From positions 1-64,000 of the IMG/VR virus record IMGVR_UViG_3300043418_000114: a DNA stretch of 64,000 bases. One strand, written 5' to 3'. How positions within the stretch are numbered: position 1 is the first letter of the stretch; every line of letters starts with the position of its first letter. Shown in pieces: positions 9,420-18,895 of the stretch. Under the pieces are notes generated by a model. That model was not told where the DNA came from. It ran no database searches and was given only the letters and a program-made list of their open reading frames with translations. Made by a program: the position numbers and the translations under genes.

Positions 9420-9715
9420 TGTCACCAGAGTTCATCGAGAAATGGGAACATATCCTTGAAGATGTTGAAAAAAATAAAGTTCCCGTACAATTTATTAAAA
9501 AGCTAGTTATCAAGTTGCAGGGCAAGAAGCAACAGACAATAAACATTGAAAAGTTTTTGTCACAAGGACTTGACCCTGAGCAGATAGAGGAAGCAGTGAG
9601 TAGGAAATTAAACGAACTAGATGATAATATCACTAGCGTAGAATTCATACTCAATGTGCAGTCAATTGCAGATACCGTTCAACCAGAAACAGATAGACTT
9701 TTAAATAAATTATGA
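9419..9715 (+). CDS. hypothetical protein
   Basis: 98 aa, TAATG overlap. Confidence 0.75.
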   Translation: MSPEFIEKWEHILEDVEKNKVPVQFIKKLVIKLQGKKQQTINIEKFLSQGLDPEQIEEAVSRKLNELDDNITSVEFILNVQSIADTVQPETDRLLNKL

Positions 9716-10167
9716 AACTAATCGTAGCATGTGACCCAAAAGGTGGAATAGGCTACAACAACAAATTGCCCTGGAGTAACATCCAGGGCGATTTGCCAAG
9801 ATTCAAAAATTTGACTCAAGGACAAGTTGTTGTAATGGGTCGAAACACATGGGATAGTCTCCCAAAAAAGCCATTAATCGGCAGACTAAATTTTGTAGTG
9901 TCTAGTCAGTCACTACACTTACCAATCGGTGCTATCCAAGTACCAAACTTAAATCACTTCGGCGAATTCAAAAACGCTTGGCTCATTGGCGGTGCAAAAC
10001 TGATTAACTCAGCATGGCACTTGATCGATGAAGTACATTTAACCAAGACATTCTCCGAATACACTTGTGATACTTTCATCGACTTGTTATACTTACAAGA
10101 CAATTATACATGCTGGTTCAAAGAAGAATTTGAAGACCATGTATACGAAATTTGGAAAAAGAAATGA
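9712..10167 (+). CDS. folA: dihydrofolate reductase
   Basis: LIVACDPKGGIGYNNKLPW, DLPRFK, VVMGRNTWDSL, RLNFVVS, IGGA, CDTF. Confidence 0.95.
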   Translation: MKLIVACDPKGGIGYNNKLPWSNIQGDLPRFKNLTQGQVVVMGRNTWDSLPKKPLIGRLNFVVSSQSLHLPIGAIQVPNLNHFGEFKNAWLIGGAKLINSAWHLIDEVHLTKTFSEYTCDTFIDLLYLQDNYTCWFKEEFEDHVYEIWKKK

Positions 10168-10213
10168 CAATATTATTACTGTCCGGGCTAATATTTTTCA
10201 ATTTATGCTGTGC

Positions 10214-10756
10214 TTATTTACTAAGTCGCCAGCCGTGAATTGATGACTGCTTTCCTTTAATAACTCTACTCAGATTCCCAGCGTCTAGCTTGTATAATGT
10301 TCTTAAATCGTTTTGAGTCATTGATACTTTTTCGCCAGTATTGATATTTTCAAAGTCATACACTGATGTATCGTATCGTGGATTATTGGCAGAAATATAA
10401 GTATCTCTTTTCATATAATGATTCTTGCCACTGAATTTTTCTTTGACAATATCAGTAGTAGCTGGGTTTTTACTGCCAAGTAGTCCACCGCCACCAGACT
10501 CTGGTATTAAGTTTGCCCATTCAGAACTTTCAACGATATTCCACAATTCACTATAATATCTTCCCCAATAATTACGTTCATCCTTGGAGATACATTCTTT
10601 TAATACATGAGTATCATGTTCGTGTCCATATCTCGTCAAATGTTGTTTCCACTCTTTACCAGAGCCTTTGTATTTGTATGGGTTACTTGCGGTTTGGCCT
10701 AAGTATTTTAGGCCAGTCTTTCTATGTGTCTTGACATAGAGATAATAAATAGTCAT
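10214..10756 (-). mobile_element. free-standing GIY-YIG-type (Seg-like) homing endonuclease
   Basis: YYLYVKTH...KYLGQT...YKGSG, WANL, C-terminal NUMOD1-like helix-turn-helix; inverted between DHFR and TS. Confidence 0.8.
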
Positions 10757-10816
10757 GCTGATTGCTCCTATAAGCGTTAGAGTAGTTGGGAATTCCCGTT
10801 CCGCGAACTACACTCT

Positions 10817-10822
10817 TATTTA
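10817..10822 (-). promoter_or_regulatory. late promoter core for endonuclease gene
   Basis: ATAAATA on minus strand 60 nt upstream of ATG. Confidence 0.6.
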
Positions 10823-10833
10823 TCCCAACAGCA

Positions 10834-10862
10834 TTGATTTACATAACAATATTTGATAAAAT
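10834..10862 (+). promoter_or_regulatory. sigma70-type promoter for thyA
   Basis: TTGATT-N17-TAAAAT. Confidence 0.6.
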
Positions 10863-10868
10863 ATCAGT

Positions 10869-11780
10869 ATGAAGATATATTTACAACTTTTACAAGACAT
10901 ATTAGACAATGGTGAAACTAAAGACGACCGCACGGGTGTAGGGACAATTTCAGTATTTGGCAGACAACTTAGATTCAATCTTAAAGAATCTTTTCCCGCT
11001 GTCACTACTAAGAAACTTGCATGGAAGGCTTGCAAAGCTGAACTTCTCTGGTTCTTGGAAGGCTCTAACGATGAACGTAGACTCGCAGAGATTACACATG
11101 GCACCACAGACGGTAAAGTTACAATCTGGACGCCCAATGCGCTTGCTCCGTACTGGAAGCCTAAAGCGAAATTCGAGGGCGACTTGGGTCGTGTCTACGG
11201 AGTTCAATGGCGCCACTGGCAAACGCCGGTCATTCATACGCAAGAAACGTTCAAGGACGACTTCGGCAACGTCTATGGTCGCGGCGGGTCGATACACATT
11301 AAAGAAACGGATCAAGTCAAGAACCTCATCGAGGGTTTGAAGCGGGATCCAAACGGTCGTAGACACATCATCAGTGCATGGAATGCAGGTGAATTAGACC
11401 AAATGGCATTGCCACCGTGTCATGTTATGTCACAATTCTATGTCAACAAGAATAACGAACTATCTTGTCATATGTACCAGCGTAGTGTGGATGTGTTTCT
11501 TGGTTTACCTTTTAACATTGCTAGCTATGCGTTACTCACTTATATGATTGCACACTGTTGTGGTTTCGGTGTAGGTGAATTAATTATTTCAACCGGCGAT
11601 ACTCATATCTACAGTGATCACTTGGAACAAGTTAAAGAACAACTAACACGTACACCATTAGAAGGTCCAGATTTGTGGTTAAACCCAGATGTGCGTGATA
11701 TTGACAAGTTCACTATGACTGATATTGAGTTGTTAGATTACAAGTCAATGGACTCTATCAAAGCAAGGATGGCTGTATGA
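10869..11780 (+). CDS. thyA: thymidylate synthase
   Basis: DDRTGVGT, ELLWFL, GRVYGVQWR, ALPPCH, YQRSVDVFLGLPFN, GDTHIY. Confidence 0.97.
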   Translation: MKIYLQLLQDILDNGETKDDRTGVGTISVFGRQLRFNLKESFPAVTTKKLAWKACKAELLWFLEGSNDERRLAEITHGTTDGKVTIWTPNALAPYWKPKAKFEGDLGRVYGVQWRHWQTPVIHTQETFKDDFGNVYGRGGSIHIKETDQVKNLIEGLKRDPNGRRHIISAWNAGELDQMALPPCHVMSQFYVNKNNELSCHMYQRSVDVFLGLPFNIASYALLTYMIAHCCGFGVGELIISTGDTHIYSDHLEQVKEQLTRTPLEGPDLWLNPDVRDIDKFTMTDIELLDYKSMDSIKARMAV

Positions 11781-12313
11781 CACGTGATGAAATTATTCAT
11801 GCCCCTCAATCAACTGGTCCAGTGAGAGTATTAGGTCCGGTTAATCTTCCAGAATTGAGTAATTCATTAACACCTTTTGTTATTAAGGCTCTCAATGGAA
11901 CAACACAACAAGGGTTAAGATGGGCAGGTGACTTTGAAGGAGTCAGTGATCTAAGATACAGTGAAGCTAATCCTCGCAAAATTGGAGAAGAAGATTTCAA
12001 AGACTGGATTCCTGGCACAGAGACATTGCAGGAAGTAGCTAAAACATACGGCATACGTGATGTTGGTAGAGTTCGAATGCTCACCATGAAGCCTAAGTCA
12101 ACATACTCTCTACATCATGACCCTGATTTATGGAGAGTACACATTCCATTAATCACGAATTCAGATTCATTCATGTTCGTTGATGGCAAGATGTGGCATC
12201 TGCCCGTTGGGTTTGCATACTTGGTTCAGGTAGAGTATCATCATTTAGCAGTGAATGCAGGTGATGAAAATCGCATTCATGTTGTATTTGATTGGTGTGA
12301 CAATTTAGCATGA
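11777..12313 (+). CDS. Asp/Asn beta-hydroxylase-like 2OG-Fe(II) oxygenase
   Basis: RVRMLTM..LHHD..RVHIPL..HLAVNAGDENRIHVV double-stranded beta-helix pattern. Confidence 0.75.
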   Translation: MTRDEIIHAPQSTGPVRVLGPVNLPELSNSLTPFVIKALNGTTQQGLRWAGDFEGVSDLRYSEANPRKIGEEDFKDWIPGTETLQEVAKTYGIRDVGRVRMLTMKPKSTYSLHHDPDLWRVHIPLITNSDSFMFVDGKMWHLPVGFAYLVQVEYHHLAVNAGDENRIHVVFDWCDNLA

Positions 12314-12546
12314 AAGAGATTACCGTACATACAATTTACATGAGTGATGTAGAAGATCCTGATCTGATGGTTGCTCAACCTATATGGGAGTGGCAACAAA
12401 CAGAGAAGGGCAAATGGGTTATGGAAAATACAGTTGACCCTAGCTGGCATCGTGTAATGAATGTGTATACGTTCGGGTACGATTATCATATACGAGCCAA
12501 ATTCACACCAGAACAAATAACATTTTATAGATTGAAGTTTCAATGA
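12310..12546 (+). CDS. small protein, dispersed LRW-family-like
   Basis: W-rich; ends KFTPEQITFYRLKFQ. Confidence 0.65.
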   Translation: MKEITVHTIYMSDVEDPDLMVAQPIWEWQQTEKGKWVMENTVDPSWHRVMNVYTFGYDYHIRAKFTPEQITFYRLKFQ

Positions 12547-13514
12547 ACATTTTAGTTACCGGTGGCCTCGGTTTAATTGGGCACAACGTAGTTAAACGAC
12601 TGCAAGATTTAGGTCACATTGTATCCATCATGGATATTCAAACAAACTATGGCATCATTCCACAAGATGAAATTGATTACTTGATGGACGAACGTTTGAA
12701 GAAGATTCAAGATGTTGGTGGCATGTACAATTACGATATTTGTGATGCAAAACGCATGAGTACGGTATTCAACATCGAACAGCCAGAGATTGTAATTCAT
12801 ATGGCTAGTTTCCCAAGACAAAAAGTAGTTAACGCAAATCCCGCATGGGGAAGTCGCGTTATGAGTGAAGGGTTGCTCAACTTGTTGGAAGCTAGTAAGA
12901 ATTTCGAGGTACGAAAGTTCGTGTATATTAGTTCAAGTATGGTCTATGGAGACTTTAAGGATGATGTTACAGAAGATGCCATCTGTAAACCTCAAGGACA
13001 ATATGGTATTTTAAAATTAGCTGGAGAAGACCTTGTTAAAGACTATACTCGCCGTGACAACATTAGTCACACTATTATTCGCCCCTCTGCTGTTTATGGT
13101 CCACTTGACGTGGAAGACAGAGTTATTGCAAAGTTCATGCTCACAGCGTTGCGAGGTGGTACCCTTAATGTCAACGGCGCAAATGAAACTCTCGACTTCA
13201 CCTATGTTGAAGACGCCGCAGATGGAATCGTCGGTGCCGCACTAAGCGACAACACAGACAACAAGACCTACAATATCACCAAGAGTCACAGCCGTACATT
13301 ACTTGATGCCGCCAATCTCGCAGTGAAGATTGCAGGTAAAGGCACAATCAATGTGCGAGACAAAGATGCTGACTTCCCTAGTCGTGGTGCCCTAAACATT
13401 GATGCCGCACGTAGAGACTTTGGCTACGATCCTAAAGTCGATGTTGAAGAAGGCTTTCAGAAGTACTATGATTGGTTAAGCACCTCAGAGTACTGGACAA
13501 AGAAGAATGTTTGA
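12543..13514 (+). CDS. NAD-dependent nucleotide-sugar epimerase/dehydratase
   Basis: ILVTGGLGLIG, YISSSMVYG, YGILK (YxxxK), IRPSAVYGP, DFTYVED. Confidence 0.92.
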   Translation: MNILVTGGLGLIGHNVVKRLQDLGHIVSIMDIQTNYGIIPQDEIDYLMDERLKKIQDVGGMYNYDICDAKRMSTVFNIEQPEIVIHMASFPRQKVVNANPAWGSRVMSEGLLNLLEASKNFEVRKFVYISSSMVYGDFKDDVTEDAICKPQGQYGILKLAGEDLVKDYTRRDNISHTIIRPSAVYGPLDVEDRVIAKFMLTALRGGTLNVNGANETLDFTYVEDAADGIVGAALSDNTDNKTYNITKSHSRTLLDAANLAVKIAGKGTINVRDKDADFPSRGALNIDAARRDFGYDPKVDVEEGFQKYYDWLSTSEYWTKKNV

Positions 13515-13854
13515 CAAACTTTCAATACCAATTCTTCGGAAGTTACTGCCAGCTACTATTGCAAAAGATATAGTTGGCGTACAGCCGATGACACAGACTA
13601 ATCCTATCTTTCAAATGAAGGATGGCAAAGTTGCATTCAAAAACTTTGTGCTAGCGTCAAAGCAAGATGAATGTAACAATTACTCTGGTACCCATTATGC
13701 GGTGGACGTTCGCACTTTTGTCGCAGAATGGATAGAGACACAGCCAATTCATATGTGGAAGCCTGCTGATGACACAGAAGGATGCCAGGTTGTTTGTTCT
13801 CGATATATCATATGTGAAGAACTATTAACTTGGATGACACTCAAATGGGGATGA
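13507..13854 (+). CDS. small protein with capsid-like N-terminal motif and LRW-like tail
   Basis: IPILRKLLPATIAKDIVGVQPMT; ends LTWMTLKWG. Confidence 0.65.
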   Translation: MFDKLSIPILRKLLPATIAKDIVGVQPMTQTNPIFQMKDGKVAFKNFVLASKQDECNNYSGTHYAVDVRTFVAEWIETQPIHMWKPADDTEGCQVVCSRYIICEELLTWMTLKWG

Positions 13855-14918
13855 AGATTTCACACTTTGGTCTCAACAGACAATTCAAAAACATTGGGGC
13901 CGAGTTACTGCAGGCAACTTCTGATGCAATGAAAGATGGCCAACTTGTAGGTGGCCATTTTACTCGTTCGTTTGAAGAATGGTTGAAGCACAAGACCAAG
14001 ACAAAGTACGCCATCACTGTTCATAGTGGCACACAAGCACTTGAAATTATTGCTCGTTGGAAAAAGATTAAGCATCAAGAAAGCATCGACTCTACTCCAT
14101 TGATTCGTCTTCCCAATCTAACATATCCTGCAACACTTAATGCATTCTTAACTGCTGGATGGGATGTTGAACTAGGTGACACTGATAAGAATGGTATCTT
14201 ACTGATGGATCATCCACCTGGTGGCAGAAATAGTTATGATTGTCTGATGGGGTATACAGGACGTAAACCATGGTCTGGTGCTAGCTATCCAAACGCATAC
14301 GCGGTCATAGTCGATGGAGCACAACATTGGTTAGTTGCTGACGGAGATGTAGGTGGTGGTATGGCAATCAGTTTTGATCCAACAAAGAACTTGAATGCAT
14401 CAGGCAACGGCGGTGCTATCGTAACTAACGATGAAAAGCTATATCTCTATGCATCAAGCTACCGTGACAACTGCAAGCCATACTTTCATGATGTTGGCAC
14501 TAACACAAAAATGAGCGAGTTAGATTGTGCCCACTTGATGGTCAGAGTAAAATACATTGACCAATGGCAAGAGCGTAGAAAAGAAATTGCTAAGTTCTGG
14601 TGCGATAGATTCAGTGAGTTGCCGGTTACTTGCCTATCAAACACACGTGACCCACATGCACATCAAAAGTTTGTGATGTACTTGCCTGATCGTAACTCAC
14701 TACATACGCATATGTTACTGAACGGGATTGATACCAAGAAACATTATGAGTATGTGCTTGGTGATTTGCCAACTGCCCAGAAGCTATCAAAGCCTGACAT
14801 GCTAAGTACTAGTGTCATGTTAAGTCGTGGTGTCATTAGCTTGCCTATGTACCCTGAACTAACGGACAATGAAGTGAACTACATAGCAGATAAGGTTGAT
14901 GAATACTTCGGAGAATAA
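13851..14918 (+). CDS. DegT/DnrJ/EryC1/StrS PLP-dependent sugar aminotransferase
   Basis: VHSGTQAL, IVDGAQ, SFDPTKNL (PLP lysine), SLPMYPEL. Confidence 0.9.
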   Translation: MKISHFGLNRQFKNIGAELLQATSDAMKDGQLVGGHFTRSFEEWLKHKTKTKYAITVHSGTQALEIIARWKKIKHQESIDSTPLIRLPNLTYPATLNAFLTAGWDVELGDTDKNGILLMDHPPGGRNSYDCLMGYTGRKPWSGASYPNAYAVIVDGAQHWLVADGDVGGGMAISFDPTKNLNASGNGGAIVTNDEKLYLYASSYRDNCKPYFHDVGTNTKMSELDCAHLMVRVKYIDQWQERRKEIAKFWCDRFSELPVTCLSNTRDPHAHQKFVMYLPDRNSLHTHMLLNGIDTKKHYEYVLGDLPTAQKLSKPDMLSTSVMLSRGVISLPMYPELTDNEVNYIADKVDEYFGE

Positions 14919-16110
14919 AAGTTACTGCATCCTGCCATGGATGAACATTAGCGTAGACCCTGACGGCTACGTTAAGCCATGTTGCGTGTCCACTGACAAG
15001 TTCAAATACAATCTTGGACACAATACTCTAGCGGAGATAATAAACTCACCTGAAATGATTCAGTTGCGTCAAGATATGATTGACGGCAAGCTAGTTCCTG
15101 GGTGCAGTGAATGCTATCGCCAAGAACAGTATGGTGGCAAGAGTCTCAGACAAGTACACACTGACGTTTGGCAGTTCATCCCATCAGTCAAAGCAAAGTT
15201 AGATAACCCTACTACTGAAATCGAGATTGGTGTAGAATACTTTGACTTGCGTTTTGGCAACATGTGCAATCTACAATGTCGAAGTTGCACTCCTAGTAAC
15301 TCAAGTCAACTAGCCAAAGAGTTTAGACAACTGAATATCCCAGTCACAGTACAAGATGATATCAATGACTGGTATCAAACTGACACATTCATTGATAATA
15401 TCAAAAGTCAGTTGGACAATATCAAGGTGTTGTATATCACTGGTGGCGAACCTACCATAATCGAAAAGAACTTTGAGATTTTGGAGTACTTGATATCAGA
15501 AGATAGGGCAAAAGATATCATTCTGCAACTAAACACCAACTTGACAAACATAAAGCCTAGATTCTTGAATCTACTAAGCAAGTTTAAGCATGTAGTCTTG
15601 TTCGTCAGTATCGATGGTATTGGTCCAGTTCAAGAATATCTCCGTTATCCGAGTAACTGGAATCAAATCGACAAGAATCTAAGATCATTGCTGGTGCTGA
15701 AAACAGACAATATGATCATCAAGCCAACTCCTGTGATTCAGAACGTCAACCTATCATCCATAGTGAATTTGTTCGAGTATTTTGAACAATTCAATCGTGA
15801 TGCTGGCAAGACAGTCATCCAAATCGCTCCAATCGTGCTTAATAACCCGAAACATTCAGACATTGTGTACTTACCATTGGAATACAAACAAACGTGCTGG
15901 AGCGCGATCCAACAATGGCTAGAGTCTGCCACCTATCAGACAGATGAACTACACACGATCATGAATCAAGTCAAGGAGAAATGTAGTACTCCACTTGAGT
16001 ATGATCAGGAAATTGCAGAATTTCTACGTCAAACCGCTATATTCGATGGACACCGAGGCACAGACCTACAGCAAGTCAACAAGAAACTATGGGAAATTCT
16101 GCATAAATAA
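14899..16110 (+). CDS. radical SAM protein with N-terminal SPASM/twitch-like region
   Basis: CILPW..VKPCC, CSEC, CNLQCRSC, ITGGEPT, LNTNL, SIDG. Confidence 0.85.
   Translation: MNTSENKSYCILPWMNISVDPDGYVKPCCVSTDKFKYNLGHNTLAEIINSPEMIQLRQDMIDGKLVPGCSECYRQEQYGGKSLRQVHTDVWQFIPSVKAKLDNPTTEIEIGVEYFDLRFGNMCNLQCRSCTPSNSSQLAKEFRQLNIPVTVQDDINDWYQTDTFIDNIKSQLDNIKVLYITGGEPTIIEKNFEILEYLISEDRAKDIILQLNTNLTNIKPRFLNLLSKFKHVVLFVSIDGIGPVQEYLRYPSNWNQIDKNLRSLLVLKTDNMIIKPTPVIQNVNLSSIVNLFEYFEQFNRDAGKTVIQIAPIVLNNPKHSDIVYLPLEYKQTCWSAIQQWLESATYQTDELHTIMNQVKEKCSTPLEYDQEIAEFLRQTAIFDGHRGTDLQQVNKKLWEILHK
16104..16109 (+). promoter_or_regulatory. late promoter core TAAATA
   Basis: CATAAATA 5 nt before ATG 16115. Confidence 0.55.
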
Positions 16111-16114
16111 GTGA

Positions 16115-16543
16115 ATGTGGATACTATCAATTCTGCCCGATTGGGCATTTCATGCGTTGTTGATCGCCGGTGTATTGGGAACAATCGCCGGATTCGTATT
16201 AGGTATGATACCGGCTGTACGAAGCTACTTGATTCCAATACGAGTAATTAGTCTCATTGTGCTTTCACTTGCACTTTTCCTAGAAGGTGGATTAGCAGAC
16301 AATCAGGTATGGCAACTAAAGGTCAAGGAAGTTGAGGCCAAAATAGCCAAAGCAGAAGCTGAATCAGCACAAGCAAACACCAAAATTGTCGAAAAGGCAA
16401 CAACTAGGATTGCCAAACAAAAAGAAAAAACAGTCATTGTTAGACAATACATTGACCGAGAAGTCACTAAGTATGACAGCCAGTGTGTTATTCCTAAAGA
16501 GTTTATCAAAGCACACAATGATGCCGCGGAGCAAGCAAAATGA
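16115..16543 (+). CDS. probable inner-membrane spanin (Rz-like)
   Basis: N-terminal TM segments followed by coiled coil; overlaps lipoprotein gene. Confidence 0.6.
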   Translation: MWILSILPDWAFHALLIAGVLGTIAGFVLGMIPAVRSYLIPIRVISLIVLSLALFLEGGLADNQVWQLKVKEVEAKIAKAEAESAQANTKIVEKATTRIAKQKEKTVIVRQYIDREVTKYDSQCVIPKEFIKAHNDAAEQAK

Positions 16544-16854
16544 GCAAACATGACAATAGAGACATACTAAAGACAACAATAGGGTTCGTGTTGATTCTAA
16601 TGTTGGTAGTTTTTGTGTTGGTAGGATGTGCTAGTCCAGTACCAGTCAGTGCTAAGTTCCCAGATGCTCCTGGCAAAAGTGCAACAACCGCATGCCCTCA
16701 GTTGGAAAAGCTCAAAGATGATGCAAAGTTAAGTGATGTTGCTAAAACTGTGACTCTTAACTATGAAACTTACTATGGCTGTGCAGTAAAAGCAGACACG
16801 TGGATCGAGTGGTATGAGATTCAGAAGCGAATCTTCGAGAATGCTGGCAAGTGA
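16540..16854 (+). CDS. probable outer-membrane lipoprotein spanin (Rz1-like)
   Basis: lipobox LVGC, Pro-rich linker, paired Cys. Confidence 0.65.
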   Translation: MSKHDNRDILKTTIGFVLILMLVVFVLVGCASPVPVSAKFPDAPGKSATTACPQLEKLKDDAKLSDVAKTVTLNYETYYGCAVKADTWIEWYEIQKRIFENAGK

Positions 16855-16860
16855 TAAATA
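16855..16860 (+). promoter_or_regulatory. late promoter core TAAATA
   Basis: GATAAATA upstream of 16883. Confidence 0.55.
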
Positions 16861-16882
16861 TACAATAGGCTAGGATTTAGAC

Positions 16883-17419
16883 ATGTCACAAGAATTAATT
16901 AATATTGGCGCATTACCAAACGACGGTGAAGGTGATCCGTTACGAACCGCTTTTCAGAAGATCAATAACAACTTTACCCAGTTATTTGGCACAGCGTTCA
17001 ATACTTCACTAGGATATAGCACAGGAAACACGGCTAATCAAGTTATATTTGAAACTCCTGTTGATACGTTCACACAGGCAACTTTCCAAATCAATACCAC
17101 GAATCCAAGCAATCAAGATAGCCAGGATATCACATTAAACGCATCTATTCAAAACAACGGTAGCAACGTTAAATTTGTTGGCCACAGTACGCTATTCTAC
17201 GGAAATGCACTAACTAACTTTGACATGGTAATTGCAGATAGCAACGTACAGATTCTAGTAAATCCAGTAGTTAATGCCAACTTAGTTCACTTTATCGCAT
17301 CACAGATTACATATAGTGGCGGTGGTGCAAACTCATACTCTATCCAATACAACAATCAAAATCCTGGTAACTCAATGGGCACACAGGGTGGTCAACTCAT
17401 TGGTACGCAGGGCATATGA
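16883..17419 (+). CDS. virion structural protein (baseplate/tail-associated N-terminal motif)
   Basis: INIGALPNDGEGDPLRTAFQKINNNF resembles T4-like baseplate wedge N-termini. Confidence 0.65.
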   Translation: MSQELINIGALPNDGEGDPLRTAFQKINNNFTQLFGTAFNTSLGYSTGNTANQVIFETPVDTFTQATFQINTTNPSNQDSQDITLNASIQNNGSNVKFVGHSTLFYGNALTNFDMVIADSNVQILVNPVVNANLVHFIASQITYSGGGANSYSIQYNNQNPGNSMGTQGGQLIGTQGI

Positions 17420-17799
17420 GAGCAAAAGAATTTATCAGCGAAGGTAAGAGTCCAGAAAAGCTATTGCCAGATCAGGCAGATGCTTTACCGGCTACTTATA
17501 TCATCCCTGAATTGCCTAACCAAGATCCATACTTGCAGTACCGTTTTGGTGTAGCAATTGCTGGAGCCAAAGGCAAGAAACAACGCGAGAAAGACGGCGT
17601 TAGTTCAATGTCTAGGGCCAGTGCATTTGGTGAGAATGAAATCGTTGTAAGCTACGGACATGATGCGGGTGAATACATCGATGATGCATTGAAGACAATG
17701 GGAATGAGTGGCAAGAAAATGGTTTCTACTCCTACCAGTATCGAAACGTCTGATGTTGGTAAGAAAAGTCCAGTTACTGGGTTCAAAGGATACGAATAA
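17416..17799 (+). CDS. putative internal head protein
   Basis: N-terminus MRAKEFISE. Confidence 0.55.
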   Translation: MRAKEFISEGKSPEKLLPDQADALPATYIIPELPNQDPYLQYRFGVAIAGAKGKKQREKDGVSSMSRASAFGENEIVVSYGHDAGEYIDDALKTMGMSGKKMVSTPTSIETSDVGKKSPVTGFKGYE

Positions 17800-18173
17800 T
17801 GAGAGCGCATGAATTTTTAACAGAAGGTGATGGCAAGATACACAAGCACCACGAAGAAGCTAGTCAAGGCGTGTTTAAAACTCGTGACGTTGGTGGTTAT
17901 GATCGTGTGTATCACATGAATCGTTTGTGGATGGCTATGGCAATGGCTGATGGTAAGAGCCAGGACGCGGTTGAAATGGATTCTGCTTCTTTTGCCGAGA
18001 AATACAATACGGTACACCCATATACCGAAGAAGAATACAACATGTTTGTATCTGCTACAAAAACAGTCCCAACAGACAAAAAAGATGTTGTTCCTTATTC
18101 TAAGTCCAAGGAACCAGACGATACCAATGTCAAGAGTATCGCTATTGCCAACAAAGGCATTCTAGGAAAATAA
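17799..18173 (+). CDS. putative internal head protein, paralogue of 17416
   Basis: N-terminus MRAHEFLTE. Confidence 0.55.
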   Translation: MRAHEFLTEGDGKIHKHHEEASQGVFKTRDVGGYDRVYHMNRLWMAMAMADGKSQDAVEMDSASFAEKYNTVHPYTEEEYNMFVSATKTVPTDKKDVVPYSKSKEPDDTNVKSIAIANKGILGK

Positions 18174-18205
18174 TTTCAATCGTGATTCACTGAATAAGTA
18201 GATTC

Positions 18206-18895
18206 ATGATTGATATTAACAACACCCTAGACCTAATTAAATTAAAATTTTACAATGAATGGCTTTACACGGCCCACATCTACGATGAGGGTACAAGCCC
18301 AATGCACGAACGTCTTACAGAAGACTTAGTTCAAAAGTACATTGATCCGTTGAATCTCCCAAAAGACGCTAAAATTCTTGATTTAGGATGTGGCCCAGGC
18401 TACTTCTTAGATAGTATGATGAAGCGTGGTTATAAAGACGTTACTGGTATTACCCTAAGTCCTGGTGATATCAAGATTTGTGAGGACAAAGGTCACAATG
18501 TCAAAGCATATGACTTGAGTTTCTTGCCACAAAAAGACGGTTACTACGATGAATCAGTAGACTTTGTTTACTTGCGTCATGCACTAGAACATAGTCCATA
18601 TCCAATCTTTAGTTTGATGGAATACAACCGTATTCTAAAACAGTTTGGCAAGATTTATATCGAAGTTCCAGCTCCTGATTGTGAGCGTAAGCACGAATGG
18701 AACTTGAATCACTATAGTATTCTAGGTGAACAACAATTGGCAGCCTTGTTAGTTCGTACAGGTTTCAACATTGATAGTTTTGAAAAGCTAGAATTCGATG
18801 TTGGTGGCACAAACACCGACGGCACCGAGTTTACCGCAAAAGAAGTATTCTACTGCATCGTTGCAACAAAGCAAAGACCACTAGATATCAAGTGA
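18206..18895 (+). CDS. class I SAM-dependent methyltransferase
   Basis: ILDLGCGPG, VTGITLS, DFVYLRHALEH, LKQFGKIYIEVP. Confidence 0.88.
   Translation: MIDINNTLDLIKLKFYNEWLYTAHIYDEGTSPMHERLTEDLVQKYIDPLNLPKDAKILDLGCGPGYFLDSMMKRGYKDVTGITLSPGDIKICEDKGHNVKAYDLSFLPQKDGYYDESVDFVYLRHALEHSPYPIFSLMEYNRILKQFGKIYIEVPAPDCERKHEWNLNHYSILGEQQLAALLVRTGFNIDSFEKLEFDVGGTNTDGTEFTAKEVFYCIVATKQRPLDIK

Noticed and set aside
10869-11780. Possible group I intron or intein in thyA given the adjacent endonuclease
   Set aside because: The ORF is continuous with all motifs; there is only a short in-frame insertion after QWRHW.
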